DNA of 14,604 nt from a virus (lineage: Duplodnaviria; Heunggongvirae; Uroviricota; Caudoviricetes). The notes beneath the pieces are model-generated. The model saw only the letters and a program-made list of their open reading frames with translations. It was not told the DNA's origin and did not search any database. Below, in pieces: positions 1-7,680 of this stretch (positions are counted from its first letter, which is position 1; each line of letters begins with the position of its first letter). The stretch lies in the IMG/VR virus record IMGVR_UViG_3300009180_000026; one strand, written 5' to 3'. A program made the translations under genes and the position numbers.

Positions 1-987
1 ACTGATTATAAGACTTATATGGACCTTCTTGATCTTAGAAACATCGATAAGCCTCTTTGGAGAGCTGCTATTAAGGAGTTTCAATCTATTGTAGAAATGT
101 ACAATAAAGAATGGCAAGATCTTGATGCATTAGTAGTTCCTCAATCCTTTATAGACAGTAAGAAGAAAGTTAAAATTAGTGTTTCTGGAGGCACACCTGG
201 TGTAAGAAGACAAAAGCTTAAAGGTGAAATAGTTGGTAAAGAAGCTTCTCCATTAGAAAGAGATGTATATGGTCAGAATTGTAAGTTTGTTCCTACAACA
301 TATGTATTAGAGAACGCTCACAAGCTACCATATCTACATGTTTATGGTTCTCAAGCTGATAAAGATACACTTGATCGTTTATATGGTGCATTTAATAAAT
401 GTCGCAAGAACATTAAATTCATCATGTTTTCTGAAAGAGAACTTAACAACTTAGAGAAAGTAGAATTACACAACTGGATAAAACTTGATAAATTTATGAA
501 AGGAGACAACAAACCATTTAAGAGAATAGTGACAGCTTATTTAGTAAAGAAGCTTTATGAGAAGAACAGATCGGTGTTTCAAAGAAATCACCACATGTTA
601 TCAATCTCTGAAGATCTTTACAATAAAATTGTAATGCTTGGTAAATATCAAGATGCTTATCATCCTGGATATATGTCTGCAGATACAGAAGCTATTATAT
701 TCAGTGAGCTTTTAGAAATAGCTGAAGCTAAAGATCTATTTGATGGTGAAGTCTATCCTATTTATCAGGAAGTTAAAGAGGTTCTTGAGAAGTTCCCATT
801 CATTGAGAATGTATTTAGTGTAATGAAAAGCTGGGGAGGTGATGATCCTTTACAACAAGTTGTTATTGATCTTTTGAAGTATAATAGACATAGAGTTAAT
901 TTAAAGAATTACACTGTTAAACTTACAGAAGATGCTCCTTTAGAGCAAGAATTAACTGAAGATGTTGTAGAAAATCTACAGGATTAA
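1..987 (+). CDS. 5'-truncated protein, probably the C-terminal part of an rIIA-like protein
   Basis: Frame 1 is open from base 1 (ACT GAT TAT AAG ACT TAT ATG), so the gene starts upstream of the window. It lies directly before an rIIB-like gene, the usual rIIA position. The diagnostic N-terminal GHKL ATPase domain is not visible, so the call is by synteny only. Confidence 0.45.
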   Translation, partial: TDYKTYMDLLDLRNIDKPLWRAAIKEFQSIVEMYNKEWQDLDALVVPQSFIDSKKKVKISVSGGTPGVRRQKLKGEIVGKEASPLERDVYGQNCKFVPTTYVLENAHKLPYLHVYGSQADKDTLDRLYGAFNKCRKNIKFIMFSERELNNLEKVELHNWIKLDKFMKGDNKPFKRIVTAYLVKKLYEKNRSVFQRNHHMLSISEDLYNKIVMLGKYQDAYHPGYMSADTEAIIFSELLEIAEAKDLFDGEVYPIYQEVKEVLEKFPFIENVFSVMKSWGGDDPLQQVVIDLLKYNRHRVNLKNYTVKLTEDAPLEQELTEDVVENLQD

Positions 988-1019
988 TTTGGTATTATGT
1001 ATAATTTTTAGTATATTTA
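988..1019 (+). promoter_or_regulatory. Bacteroidota sigma-A type promoter, TTTG-N20-TATATTTA
   Basis: TTTG at 988-991 and TATATTTA at 1012-1019, 20-bp spacer; matches the -33/-7 consensus TTTG / TAnnTTTG except the last base; intergenic. Confidence 0.65.
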
Positions 1020-1047
1020 GGGGGTACAAAGCCCCCATTTTATTTTT
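1020..1047 (+). terminator. Probable intrinsic terminator
   Basis: GGGGGT-ACAAA-GCCCCC stem-loop (1020-1036) followed by ATTTTATTTTT. Confidence 0.5.
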
Positions 1048-1066
1048 CATTTAAAAACAAAAAAAC

Positions 1067-2542
1067 ATGAGCAATTTTAGCATTGACTGGTTCAAACAAG
1101 AATTAGCAAAATTACAATTAGAAGAACAAAAACTTAAGAACGAAATGATGAGACTTGAGTTGGAAGAAAAACAAAAAGAATATGATGAGGATTGTGGATG
1201 CAATGGTGATGATTGGGACATTGAGAATGAATTTGATGAGGATGATTTGTGGAATGAAAACTACAGCAGTGAGGAAGAATATGTTCCTTACATCAAACCT
1301 TACATGCATTTAAAGATGGTGAATGATGTATTGACCATTGTATTACAAAACGGTGATATCATCAGTAAACCAAATGCTACACAGGATGATTTCAAAACTG
1401 CACAAAATGCTACTAGTGAAGCAGATCTATTTACACTTGTTATGTCTCAAGAAGTTAGAGATGATAAGATGAAAAGAGATGCTGAAGTGAGTAGAATGAA
1501 GGCTATTCAAAAAGGATTGAATGAACTTGCAAGCTTTAATGATTTTGTTGTAGATGGTTACACTGTATATCTTAAGGGTATTAGTAGAAGTCTTCCACAA
1601 ATTCTTGTTGAAGAGTTCTTGGCAATCATTGGTGCTTATTCTAACATGGGAATTAGCAATGATGAAATAGAGAAATCTCTACCGTATAACGAAAGTTATC
1701 AAGGTCTTAAGAGATTCTTTATGTGGTGTTGCTTAAATCCAAGAGCAGAAGTTGCACATGAGTTGTACAGATTCTTGAAAGAGAATTCCTTCAGAATCAC
1801 AAAACAAGGTTTCTTTGTTGCTCTTAGAAATGTTGTTAGCTTATGTGATGATACAGCTCTTGTAGATTTTGTAAGCAATTCTTACAACAAGATTAAAGCT
1901 ATCTGGAAGAAAGATCCTTCTAACTTTAATATATGGAGAGATAGTAATGACTTCTTACATCTACAGGATTTTAACTATCAACCTAGTGTAGACATGACAA
2001 ATGTTGGTAATCTAACAGATTTATATTTGGAACTTCCAGAAATGAAGAGCAATCGTTACACAGATGCATGGACTAAAACATTTGACATTCGTGTAGGTGT
2101 TCCTGTAAATATGCCTATGAGTGATTGTAACTGGAGTACACAAGATTGTGCTGCTGCAGGATTGCATTTCACAGCTGATCACATCAACTATGTAGGATGT
2201 GGTGATACATCTATGTTAATCTTGATTAATCCAATGAAGGTTGTTGGTATTGGTGAATTCAAAGGTCGTTGCTATGAATATCTTCCATTAATGACTGTTC
2301 CTACAGAAGAGTCTACAACTATTCTTCACGATCTTAATTTTGATACATTAGAATTAGATGATCAATATGCTGTTCGTGAACTGCAAACATTGGTTGAAAG
2401 AACACAAGCAGGATTTGTAGCAGAATCTCGTAAGTATGATTTTAACATTCCTAACATTTCTATTGCAGAAATAAAAGGAATTACAGCTTCACTTGAAGAG
2501 ATGTATTCAGAAATTGCAGATAGAGTTAAATCTATTAACTAA
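1067..2542 (+). CDS. rIIB: rIIB-like protein with N-terminal coiled-coil/acidic extension
   Basis: The C-terminal half matches the T4 rIIB motif series: FFMWCCLNPRAEVAHELYRFL, ITKQGFFVALRNV, YTDAWTKTFDIRVGVPVNMP, DCAAAGLHF, LILINPMKVV. A-rich start context AAAAACAAAAAAAC-ATG. Confidence 0.75.
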   Translation: MSNFSIDWFKQELAKLQLEEQKLKNEMMRLELEEKQKEYDEDCGCNGDDWDIENEFDEDDLWNENYSSEEEYVPYIKPYMHLKMVNDVLTIVLQNGDIISKPNATQDDFKTAQNATSEADLFTLVMSQEVRDDKMKRDAEVSRMKAIQKGLNELASFNDFVVDGYTVYLKGISRSLPQILVEEFLAIIGAYSNMGISNDEIEKSLPYNESYQGLKRFFMWCCLNPRAEVAHELYRFLKENSFRITKQGFFVALRNVVSLCDDTALVDFVSNSYNKIKAIWKKDPSNFNIWRDSNDFLHLQDFNYQPSVDMTNVGNLTDLYLELPEMKSNRYTDAWTKTFDIRVGVPVNMPMSDCNWSTQDCAAAGLHFTADHINYVGCGDTSMLILINPMKVVGIGEFKGRCYEYLPLMTVPTEESTTILHDLNFDTLELDDQYAVRELQTLVERTQAGFVAESRKYDFNIPNISIAEIKGITASLEEMYSEIADRVKSIN

Positions 2543-2591
2543 TTAAAATAATATACCCCATTTATTCTTATATTTGGGGTATATTTTAATT
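2541..2591. other. Intergenic inverted repeat (hairpin/cruciform; possible terminator) enclosing a promoter box
   Basis: ATATACCCCA (2551-2560) and TGGGGTATAT (2575-2584) form a perfect 10-bp stem, extendable by AATTAAA/TTTAATT across a 3-nt bulge; 14-nt loop. Confidence 0.7.
2569..2576 (+). promoter_or_regulatory. Bacteroidota -7 element TATATTTG
   Basis: Exact TAnnTTTG in the intergenic space ahead of the HNH gene; no TTTG at the -33 position. Confidence 0.5.
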
Positions 2592-2594
2592 ATT

Positions 2595-2993
2595 ATGGCT
2601 ACAAAAAGAAAAAAGGCTGTTGCTAAACCTAAAACACTAAAGACTAGAAATGCAGGCACTATGACAGAGTCTGCATTTTGGTCTTTTATTAGAAGTGGAC
2701 TAAGACAAAAGAGTAGGTTTTGGAAACCTATTACACAATGTAAGATGAGTAACAGAAGAGTGTATAAAGGACCTCTCAAGAGGCAGAAGTTTGAATATCA
2801 GTGTGCAGAGTGTTCTCAGTGGTTTCCTGAGAAGAAAATTAATGTTGACCACATTACACCTGCTGGATCTTTAAGATGTGCTGATGACCTCCCAGGGTTT
2901 GTAGAAAGACTGTTCTGTGAAATTGACAACTTACAAATCTTGTGCTCCACCTGTCACAATGTTAAAACTCAAAATGAAAAAGATGGAAGATGA
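2595..2993 (+). CDS. HNH endonuclease (phage, Zn-binding)
   Basis: YQCAEC...NVDHITP...RLFCEIDNLQILCSTCHNVKT: two CxxC pairs with DH and N catalytic residues. ATG 2595 preferred over TTG 2574, which falls inside the promoter hairpin. Confidence 0.85.
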   Translation: MATKRKKAVAKPKTLKTRNAGTMTESAFWSFIRSGLRQKSRFWKPITQCKMSNRRVYKGPLKRQKFEYQCAECSQWFPEKKINVDHITPAGSLRCADDLPGFVERLFCEIDNLQILCSTCHNVKTQNEKDGR

Positions 2994-3231
2994 AAAACAA
3001 TTAAAGGTCTCTATTAACAAAGAACCTTCATTTACAGAGATTTGGTATGAAGGATCTGTTGAATACAATGGAGAAGAACACAAGTTTTGGTTGATACATC
3101 CTTTGCAAACAGATGTGAATGGTGCACACTATGAAGTGGACGTTAGATGGTTCTTTGCTAGAGTTCCAAGGGAAGTGAGAGCAATGATTCCATATATTAT
3201 TGACGCATTTAAACAAACATTAAAAACATGA
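2983..3231 (+). CDS. Hypothetical protein (82 aa)
   Basis: ATG 2983 overlaps the HNH stop; ends with an ATGA overlap into the next gene; composition is protein-like. Confidence 0.7.
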   Translation: MEDEKQLKVSINKEPSFTEIWYEGSVEYNGEEHKFWLIHPLQTDVNGAHYEVDVRWFFARVPREVRAMIPYIIDAFKQTLKT

Positions 3232-4274
3232 TAAAAACAGAAAAGAGTTACAGGGCCATACAAATGGACAGTTCAAGTTCTTTAAAAGAATTCTCAACTA
3301 ACAGAAAGAAGTATTACAAAAAGTATATACTGAATGAAAGAGTTGAAGAAGAAGATAACAAAGCTGCCACTATAGGCAGAGTGGTAGAAACCTTGTTGTT
3401 AGAACCACATGAGTTTGATGGTAGATTTTACATGTCTACATGTGCAAGTGCTCCTACAGGGCTTATGTTAGCTTTTGTAGAGGCTTTATATAAGCACACT
3501 ATGGCAAACACAGATGAGAATGGAAACATCAGTGTAGAGTTTGAAGAGATTTGTAAAGCAGCTTATGCTGATTCAGGATTCAAGATTAAATTTGATGCTG
3601 TATTAGCCAAGTTTATAGGAAGTGATGCTGAAATCTTCTATAAGGAACTAAGAGAAGTGAAAAGCAAAGGTCTTACAGTGGTTACAACAGAAGATGTCAC
3701 TAATGCTGAAAACATTGTTACAGAGTTAAAAAGTAACTTTGTCACTGCAGAAGTGGTAAATCTTGTAAATAGTGCTAGATGGACTGTTAATAATCAGTTC
3801 CAGATAGAAGGTTATAGTGTTGATGGCCATTTGTTTAAGAGCATGATGGATAAGATAGTTATTGATCATAACGAAAGAACAATACAAGTGTACGATCTTA
3901 AATGTACATGGAGTGTTGAGAACTTCTATGAGGAATACTATCTCTATCGTAGAGCTTACATCCAAGCCTATCTTTATTATAAAGGAGCACAATCTCTTAC
4001 CATCCATCAGGAAAGTGAACTTTATGGATATGAGGTGGTCTATCCAAAGTTTATTGTATGCGATAGTACAAACTATTTCAATCCATTAATCTATACGCTT
4101 GATTTCACAGATATGACAAATGCATATGAAGGATTTGTTCATAAAGGTAGATTTTATCCAGGTGTGAAACAGCTTATTGAAGATCTTGAATGGGCTATTG
4201 AGAATGATGTTTGGAACATTAGTAGGGAAAATTATTTAAATCATGGATTTGTAAATGTAAAAGGAGGAAATTAA
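3228..4274 (+). CDS. PD-(D/E)XK nuclease, RecE/exonuclease VIII-like
   Basis: N-terminal SSSSLKEF...IGRVVETLLLEP and C-terminal FKSMMDKIVID...VYDLKCT...YIQAYLY motifs typical of ExoVIII-like phage exonucleases. Confidence 0.8.
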   Translation: MIKTEKSYRAIQMDSSSSLKEFSTNRKKYYKKYILNERVEEEDNKAATIGRVVETLLLEPHEFDGRFYMSTCASAPTGLMLAFVEALYKHTMANTDENGNISVEFEEICKAAYADSGFKIKFDAVLAKFIGSDAEIFYKELREVKSKGLTVVTTEDVTNAENIVTELKSNFVTAEVVNLVNSARWTVNNQFQIEGYSVDGHLFKSMMDKIVIDHNERTIQVYDLKCTWSVENFYEEYYLYRRAYIQAYLYYKGAQSLTIHQESELYGYEVVYPKFIVCDSTNYFNPLIYTLDFTDMTNAYEGFVHKGRFYPGVKQLIEDLEWAIENDVWNISRENYLNHGFVNVKGGN

Positions 4275-4825
4275 TGGAGATAAAAAAGACCATCACTAGT
4301 ATATTCATAATGCCTACATTGAAAATAGGTAGAGAAAGGTTGCTTGGAAATGGATATATTAATGGATATATAAAAGATGAGGGAAAGGATGTACAATATC
4401 AAAACGCTGTATATGCTCTTTTCAAACCAAAAAAGATGGATGCTTTCCGTGAGTTTCTTGATGAAGAATATGCAAGAACAAACCAAATCATAGATGATTA
4501 TGATTATCCAGATGGGTTCGTTGTTGTTGTATATAACTTGGATGAGAAATTTAAGAAAGACTTCCTTCTTATTAAAGAAGGACTCTATTCTAAAACTTCC
4601 AAAGAGTTTCAAGCTCAGTTTCCAAAGATTGTAAAACTATTTAAGAATGGGCTTCATAAGGATGAAATCTCTCTTCAATATCGTGTCTTCAATAAGACAG
4701 AAGATCTTAAGAAATATTGGGAAGAAAAACTTGGTGTAGAATTCGATGATTCTATGGAAGTTTGGGATGGTTTTAACATTGATAAAGAAACTCTCAACCT
4801 TAATAAAATTAAACAATATGTATAA
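4274..4825 (+). CDS. Hypothetical protein (183 aa)
   Basis: TAATG coupling to the upstream gene; long ORF in the operon direction; no recognisable motif. Confidence 0.8.
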   Translation: MEIKKTITSIFIMPTLKIGRERLLGNGYINGYIKDEGKDVQYQNAVYALFKPKKMDAFREFLDEEYARTNQIIDDYDYPDGFVVVVYNLDEKFKKDFLLIKEGLYSKTSKEFQAQFPKIVKLFKNGLHKDEISLQYRVFNKTEDLKKYWEEKLGVEFDDSMEVWDGFNIDKETLNLNKIKQYV

Positions 4826-5015
4826 CGAACTATTATTAACAAAGTTAATTGCTGATTTTGGTGTAGACCAAACTATTACTTATTGTAAAATGGAAAGTGC
4901 AAAGAATGCCTATCTGTTTGAAGAGTGTGTTGCTTCAGGTGAAGATCTCACTTGTACACAATATGATTTTGAAAGAGATTGGTGGAAAAATGCAGAATTA
5001 AAATTAAAATCTTAA
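4818..5015 (+). CDS. Hypothetical protein (65 aa)
   Basis: ATG 4818 overlaps the previous stop (ATGTATAA); fills the gap in the operon. Confidence 0.65.
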   Translation: MYNELLLTKLIADFGVDQTITYCKMESAKNAYLFEECVASGEDLTCTQYDFERDWWKNAELKLKS

Positions 5016-5018
5016 ATT

Positions 5019-5375
5019 ATGAAAATGTTAGAACTATTAAAAGAACATCCTAAAACAGCCATTGTTATAAAACAATGGTTTTTAGAGAAGATGTTAGAAA
5101 GTCTTAAAGATGAATCTCTTCCTGAAGATTTCAAAGATTATGTAAGAGAACAAGGAATAGATGATGAGAAGATAGCAAATATGGTGGAAACTTCTCCTAG
5201 AAGTCTATTTGATATATTTGATGATCATAAACTGTACATCAATATTGACATGACTGCAGGTCATTGGGGATGGGAAGTTGGATCATCTGTTGAAAATGCT
5301 GTATGCTCATCTAGAAAAGAAGCTGAGATGGCAGCTATTGTTGAATCATTTAAATTATTGGAGGAAAAATTATGA
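5019..5375 (+). CDS. Hypothetical protein (118 aa)
   Basis: ATG 3 nt after the previous stop; ATGA overlap with the next gene. Confidence 0.75.
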   Translation: MKMLELLKEHPKTAIVIKQWFLEKMLESLKDESLPEDFKDYVREQGIDDEKIANMVETSPRSLFDIFDDHKLYINIDMTAGHWGWEVGSSVENAVCSSRKEAEMAAIVESFKLLEEKL

Positions 5376-5623
5376 GAGACAAAATAGTAGATGATGTAAT
5401 AGATAAATACTATGAGAGAAGTCAAGTGGGAATCACTAAATATGGAACCACGTTGTATAACAACAATAAAGACAACTATCTCAAGCATTTACAAGAAGAA
5501 CTTATGGATGCCACTCTGTACATTGAGAAACTCATGTATCTAAGGGAAGAACTAACGTGTTTAGTTAACACTTATGATAATGATGCAGATCTTGGTGCAG
5601 CTGTAAGGATTTTTGTTAAGTGA
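5372..5623 (+). CDS. Small all-alpha MazG-like nucleotide pyrophosphohydrolase (putative)
   Basis: DKIVDDVIDKYYERSQVGITKYGTTL...HLQEELMDATLYIEK: KYG and EExxD motifs of small phage NTP-PPase-like proteins; adjacent to nrdJ. Confidence 0.5.
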   Translation: MRDKIVDDVIDKYYERSQVGITKYGTTLYNNNKDNYLKHLQEELMDATLYIEKLMYLREELTCLVNTYDNDADLGAAVRIFVK

Positions 5624-5636
5624 TATTTTTAATTTA

Positions 5637-5669
5637 TTTGGATTATAAGGGCTGTAAGTTGTATATTTA
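5637..5669 (+). promoter_or_regulatory. Bacteroidota-type promoter TTTG-N21-TATATTTA for nrdJ
   Basis: TTTG at 5637-5640 and TATATTTA at 5662-5669; the -7 box is identical to that at 1012-1019. Confidence 0.65.
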
Positions 5670-5685
5670 CAGCCCTTTATTTTTT
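5647..5685 (+). terminator. Intrinsic terminator overlapping the nrdJ promoter
   Basis: AAGGGCTGTAA (5647-5657) and TTACAGCCCTT (5667-5677) form a perfect 11-bp stem with a 9-nt loop, followed by TATTTTTT. Confidence 0.7.
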
Positions 5686-5706
5686 AACAATTAAACAAAA
5701 ACATTT

Positions 5707-7557
5707 ATGGATTTAGGATTACAAGCTCTCTCGGACATAACTGTATACAGTAAATATGCAAAGTTTGTTCCAGAGAAGAAGAGAAGAGAAACTTGGGATG
5801 AAATCATTGATCGTTATCAGGATATGATGATTAAGAAATACCCAATGCTTGAAGAGGCTATTATTAAAAGTGCTGAATTGATTAGATTGAAGAAAGTCCT
5901 ACCATCAATGAGAGCTTTACAGTTTGCAGGTGCTGCAGCTGAGGTGAACAATGCAAGAATTTACAACTGTTGTTTCCTTCCTATAGACAGTCTTCACAGT
6001 TTTAGTGAAACAATGTTCTTATTATTAGGAGGAACAGGTGTTGGATATTCTGTACAGAAACATCACGTTGAACAACTTCCAGCTATTACAAAACCAGGTA
6101 AGAAGAAAACATATCTTATTGAGGATTCTATAATGGGATGGGCTGATGCTGTAAAGGTGTTATTCAAAGCTTATATGGAAGGTAAGTTTATGCCTTCATT
6201 TGATTTTAGAGCTATTAGACACAAAGGTGCTAGACTTGTCACTGCTGGTGGTAAAGCTCCTGGTCCTGAACCATTAAAACTTTGTCTCACACACGTACAA
6301 GCTATTTTAGACAGAAAACAGGAAGGAGAACATCTATCTCCTATAGAAGCACATGATATATTGTGTCACATTGCTAACTCTGTATTAGCAGGTGGTATTA
6401 GAAGAAGCGCTATGATTGCATTGTTTAGCCTTGATGATGAGGAAATGATTACATGTAAATACGGTAATTGGTGGGAAACAAATGAACAACGTGGTAGGGC
6501 TAACAATTCTGCTGTTCTTGAGAGAGGAAATGTCTTAGCTACAGAATTCTTTGATCTTTGGAAGAGAATAGAAGCTTCTGGATCTGGAGAACCTGGAATC
6601 TATTGGACTAACAATAAAGATTGGGGAACTAATCCTTGTTGTGAGATTGCTCTTAGGCCATATCAATTCTGTAACCTTTGCGAGATAAATGTAAGTGATA
6701 TTGAAAGTCAGATAGATCTTAATGATCGTGTATCTGTAGCAGCATTCTTTGGTACATTACAAGCTGGGTTTACAGACTTCCATTACTTACGTCCTATATG
6801 GAAACAAACTACAGATAAAGATGGTTTGTTAGGAATAGGAATGACAGGAATTGGTTCAGGAAAGATTCTTGAGGCAGACCTTGAAATAGCAGCTAACACA
6901 GCTACTGTTGTGAATTCTACAATTTCAGCTATAATAGGAACTAATGAAGCAGCTCGTGTAACATGTATAAAACCATCAGGTACAACAAGTTGTGTATTAG
7001 GAACAGCTAGTGGTATTCATGCTTGGCATGCTCCATATTACTTAAGAACAATTAGATTTAATAAGAATGAAGATATTGCAATGTTTATGGAAGTAAATCA
7101 TCCTGAACTATGTGAAGATGATGTGCTTAGACCAAAAGATACATTGTGTATAAGAATTCCTATTAAAGCTCCAGAAGGTTCTATATTCAGAACAGAAACA
7201 GCTATTGATACATTAGAACGTGTTAAGAAGTTTTCTATAGAATGGGTGAAAGCAGGACATGTTAGAGGTGATAACACACATAATGTAAGTGCTACAATTT
7301 CTGTTAATAATGATGAATGGCCTACAGTGGGAGAATGGATGTGGAATGAACGAGATCATTACAATGGTCTTTCAGTTTTACCATATTTTGGAGGTTCTTA
7401 CAAACAAGCTCCTTTTGAGGACATAACAGAGGAAGAATATAATTCTAGGATAGGTCATTTAAAATCCTTAGATTTGACAAAAGTTATGGAAATAGATGAT
7501 AACGTAGAATTTGGTCAGACAGCAGCATGCGCAGGTGGTGCATGTGCTATAGAATAA
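5707..7557 (+). CDS. nrdJ: Class II (adenosylcobalamin-dependent) ribonucleotide reductase, monomeric type
   Basis: YNCCF, GGTGVGYSV, AGGIRRSAMI, SGEPG, GTNPCCEI (thiyl-radical Cys), QFCNLCE, TCIKPSGT and C-terminal CAGGAC redox pair; no ATP cone; no beta-subunit gene follows. Confidence 0.93.
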   Translation: MDLGLQALSDITVYSKYAKFVPEKKRRETWDEIIDRYQDMMIKKYPMLEEAIIKSAELIRLKKVLPSMRALQFAGAAAEVNNARIYNCCFLPIDSLHSFSETMFLLLGGTGVGYSVQKHHVEQLPAITKPGKKKTYLIEDSIMGWADAVKVLFKAYMEGKFMPSFDFRAIRHKGARLVTAGGKAPGPEPLKLCLTHVQAILDRKQEGEHLSPIEAHDILCHIANSVLAGGIRRSAMIALFSLDDEEMITCKYGNWWETNEQRGRANNSAVLERGNVLATEFFDLWKRIEASGSGEPGIYWTNNKDWGTNPCCEIALRPYQFCNLCEINVSDIESQIDLNDRVSVAAFFGTLQAGFTDFHYLRPIWKQTTDKDGLLGIGMTGIGSGKILEADLEIAANTATVVNSTISAIIGTNEAARVTCIKPSGTTSCVLGTASGIHAWHAPYYLRTIRFNKNEDIAMFMEVNHPELCEDDVLRPKDTLCIRIPIKAPEGSIFRTETAIDTLERVKKFSIEWVKAGHVRGDNTHNVSATISVNNDEWPTVGEWMWNERDHYNGLSVLPYFGGSYKQAPFEDITEEEYNSRIGHLKSLDLTKVMEIDDNVEFGQTAACAGGACAIE

Positions 7558-7594
7558 TATTGTTTTTGTTTCGTTTTTGATGATTGATGATTAC

Positions 7595-7631
7595 AGCCCC
7601 ATTGTTTCTACAATTTGGGGCTCTTTTTTTT
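7595..7631 (+). terminator. Rho-independent terminator after nrdJ
   Basis: AGCCCC-ATTG-tttcta-CAAT-tt-GGGGCT stem-loop (7595-7622) followed by C and an 8-T run. Confidence 0.8.
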
Positions 7632-7660
7632 GTCAAAACGAGAATAATTAATTAACTTTA
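7629..7660 (+). promoter_or_regulatory. Bacteroidota-type promoter TTTG-N20-TAACTTTA for recA
   Basis: TTTG at 7629-7632 (end of the terminator T-tract) and TAACTTTA at 7653-7660, 20-bp spacer; 20 nt upstream of the recA ATG. Confidence 0.6.
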
Positions 7661-7680
7661 CAGACTAAAAATCAATCAAT

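Noticed and set aside
2022-2029. TATATTTG inside the rIIB-like gene
   Set aside because: Within coding sequence with no -33 TTTG at 19-21 bp; likely a chance match in AT-rich DNA.
5624-5706. Cobalamin riboswitch or NrdR box upstream of nrdJ
   Set aside because: The gap is only 83 bp, has no B12-box, and does not match the NrdR palindrome.
5667-7599. 9-bp direct repeat TTACAGCCC at 5667-5675 and 7591-7599 flanking nrdJ
   Set aside because: Both copies are in terminator stems, and an AGCCC/GGGCT core also occurs in the 11525 terminator. Terminator bias explains it more simply than a target-site duplication, and no mobility gene is associated.
7558-7680. ncRNA, tRNA or CRISPR-like repeat in the largest intergenic gap (TGATGATTGATGATT)
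   Set aside because: Only a short low-complexity duplication; the rest is explained by a terminator and promoter. No cloverleaf or repeat-spacer array was seen anywhere in the window.
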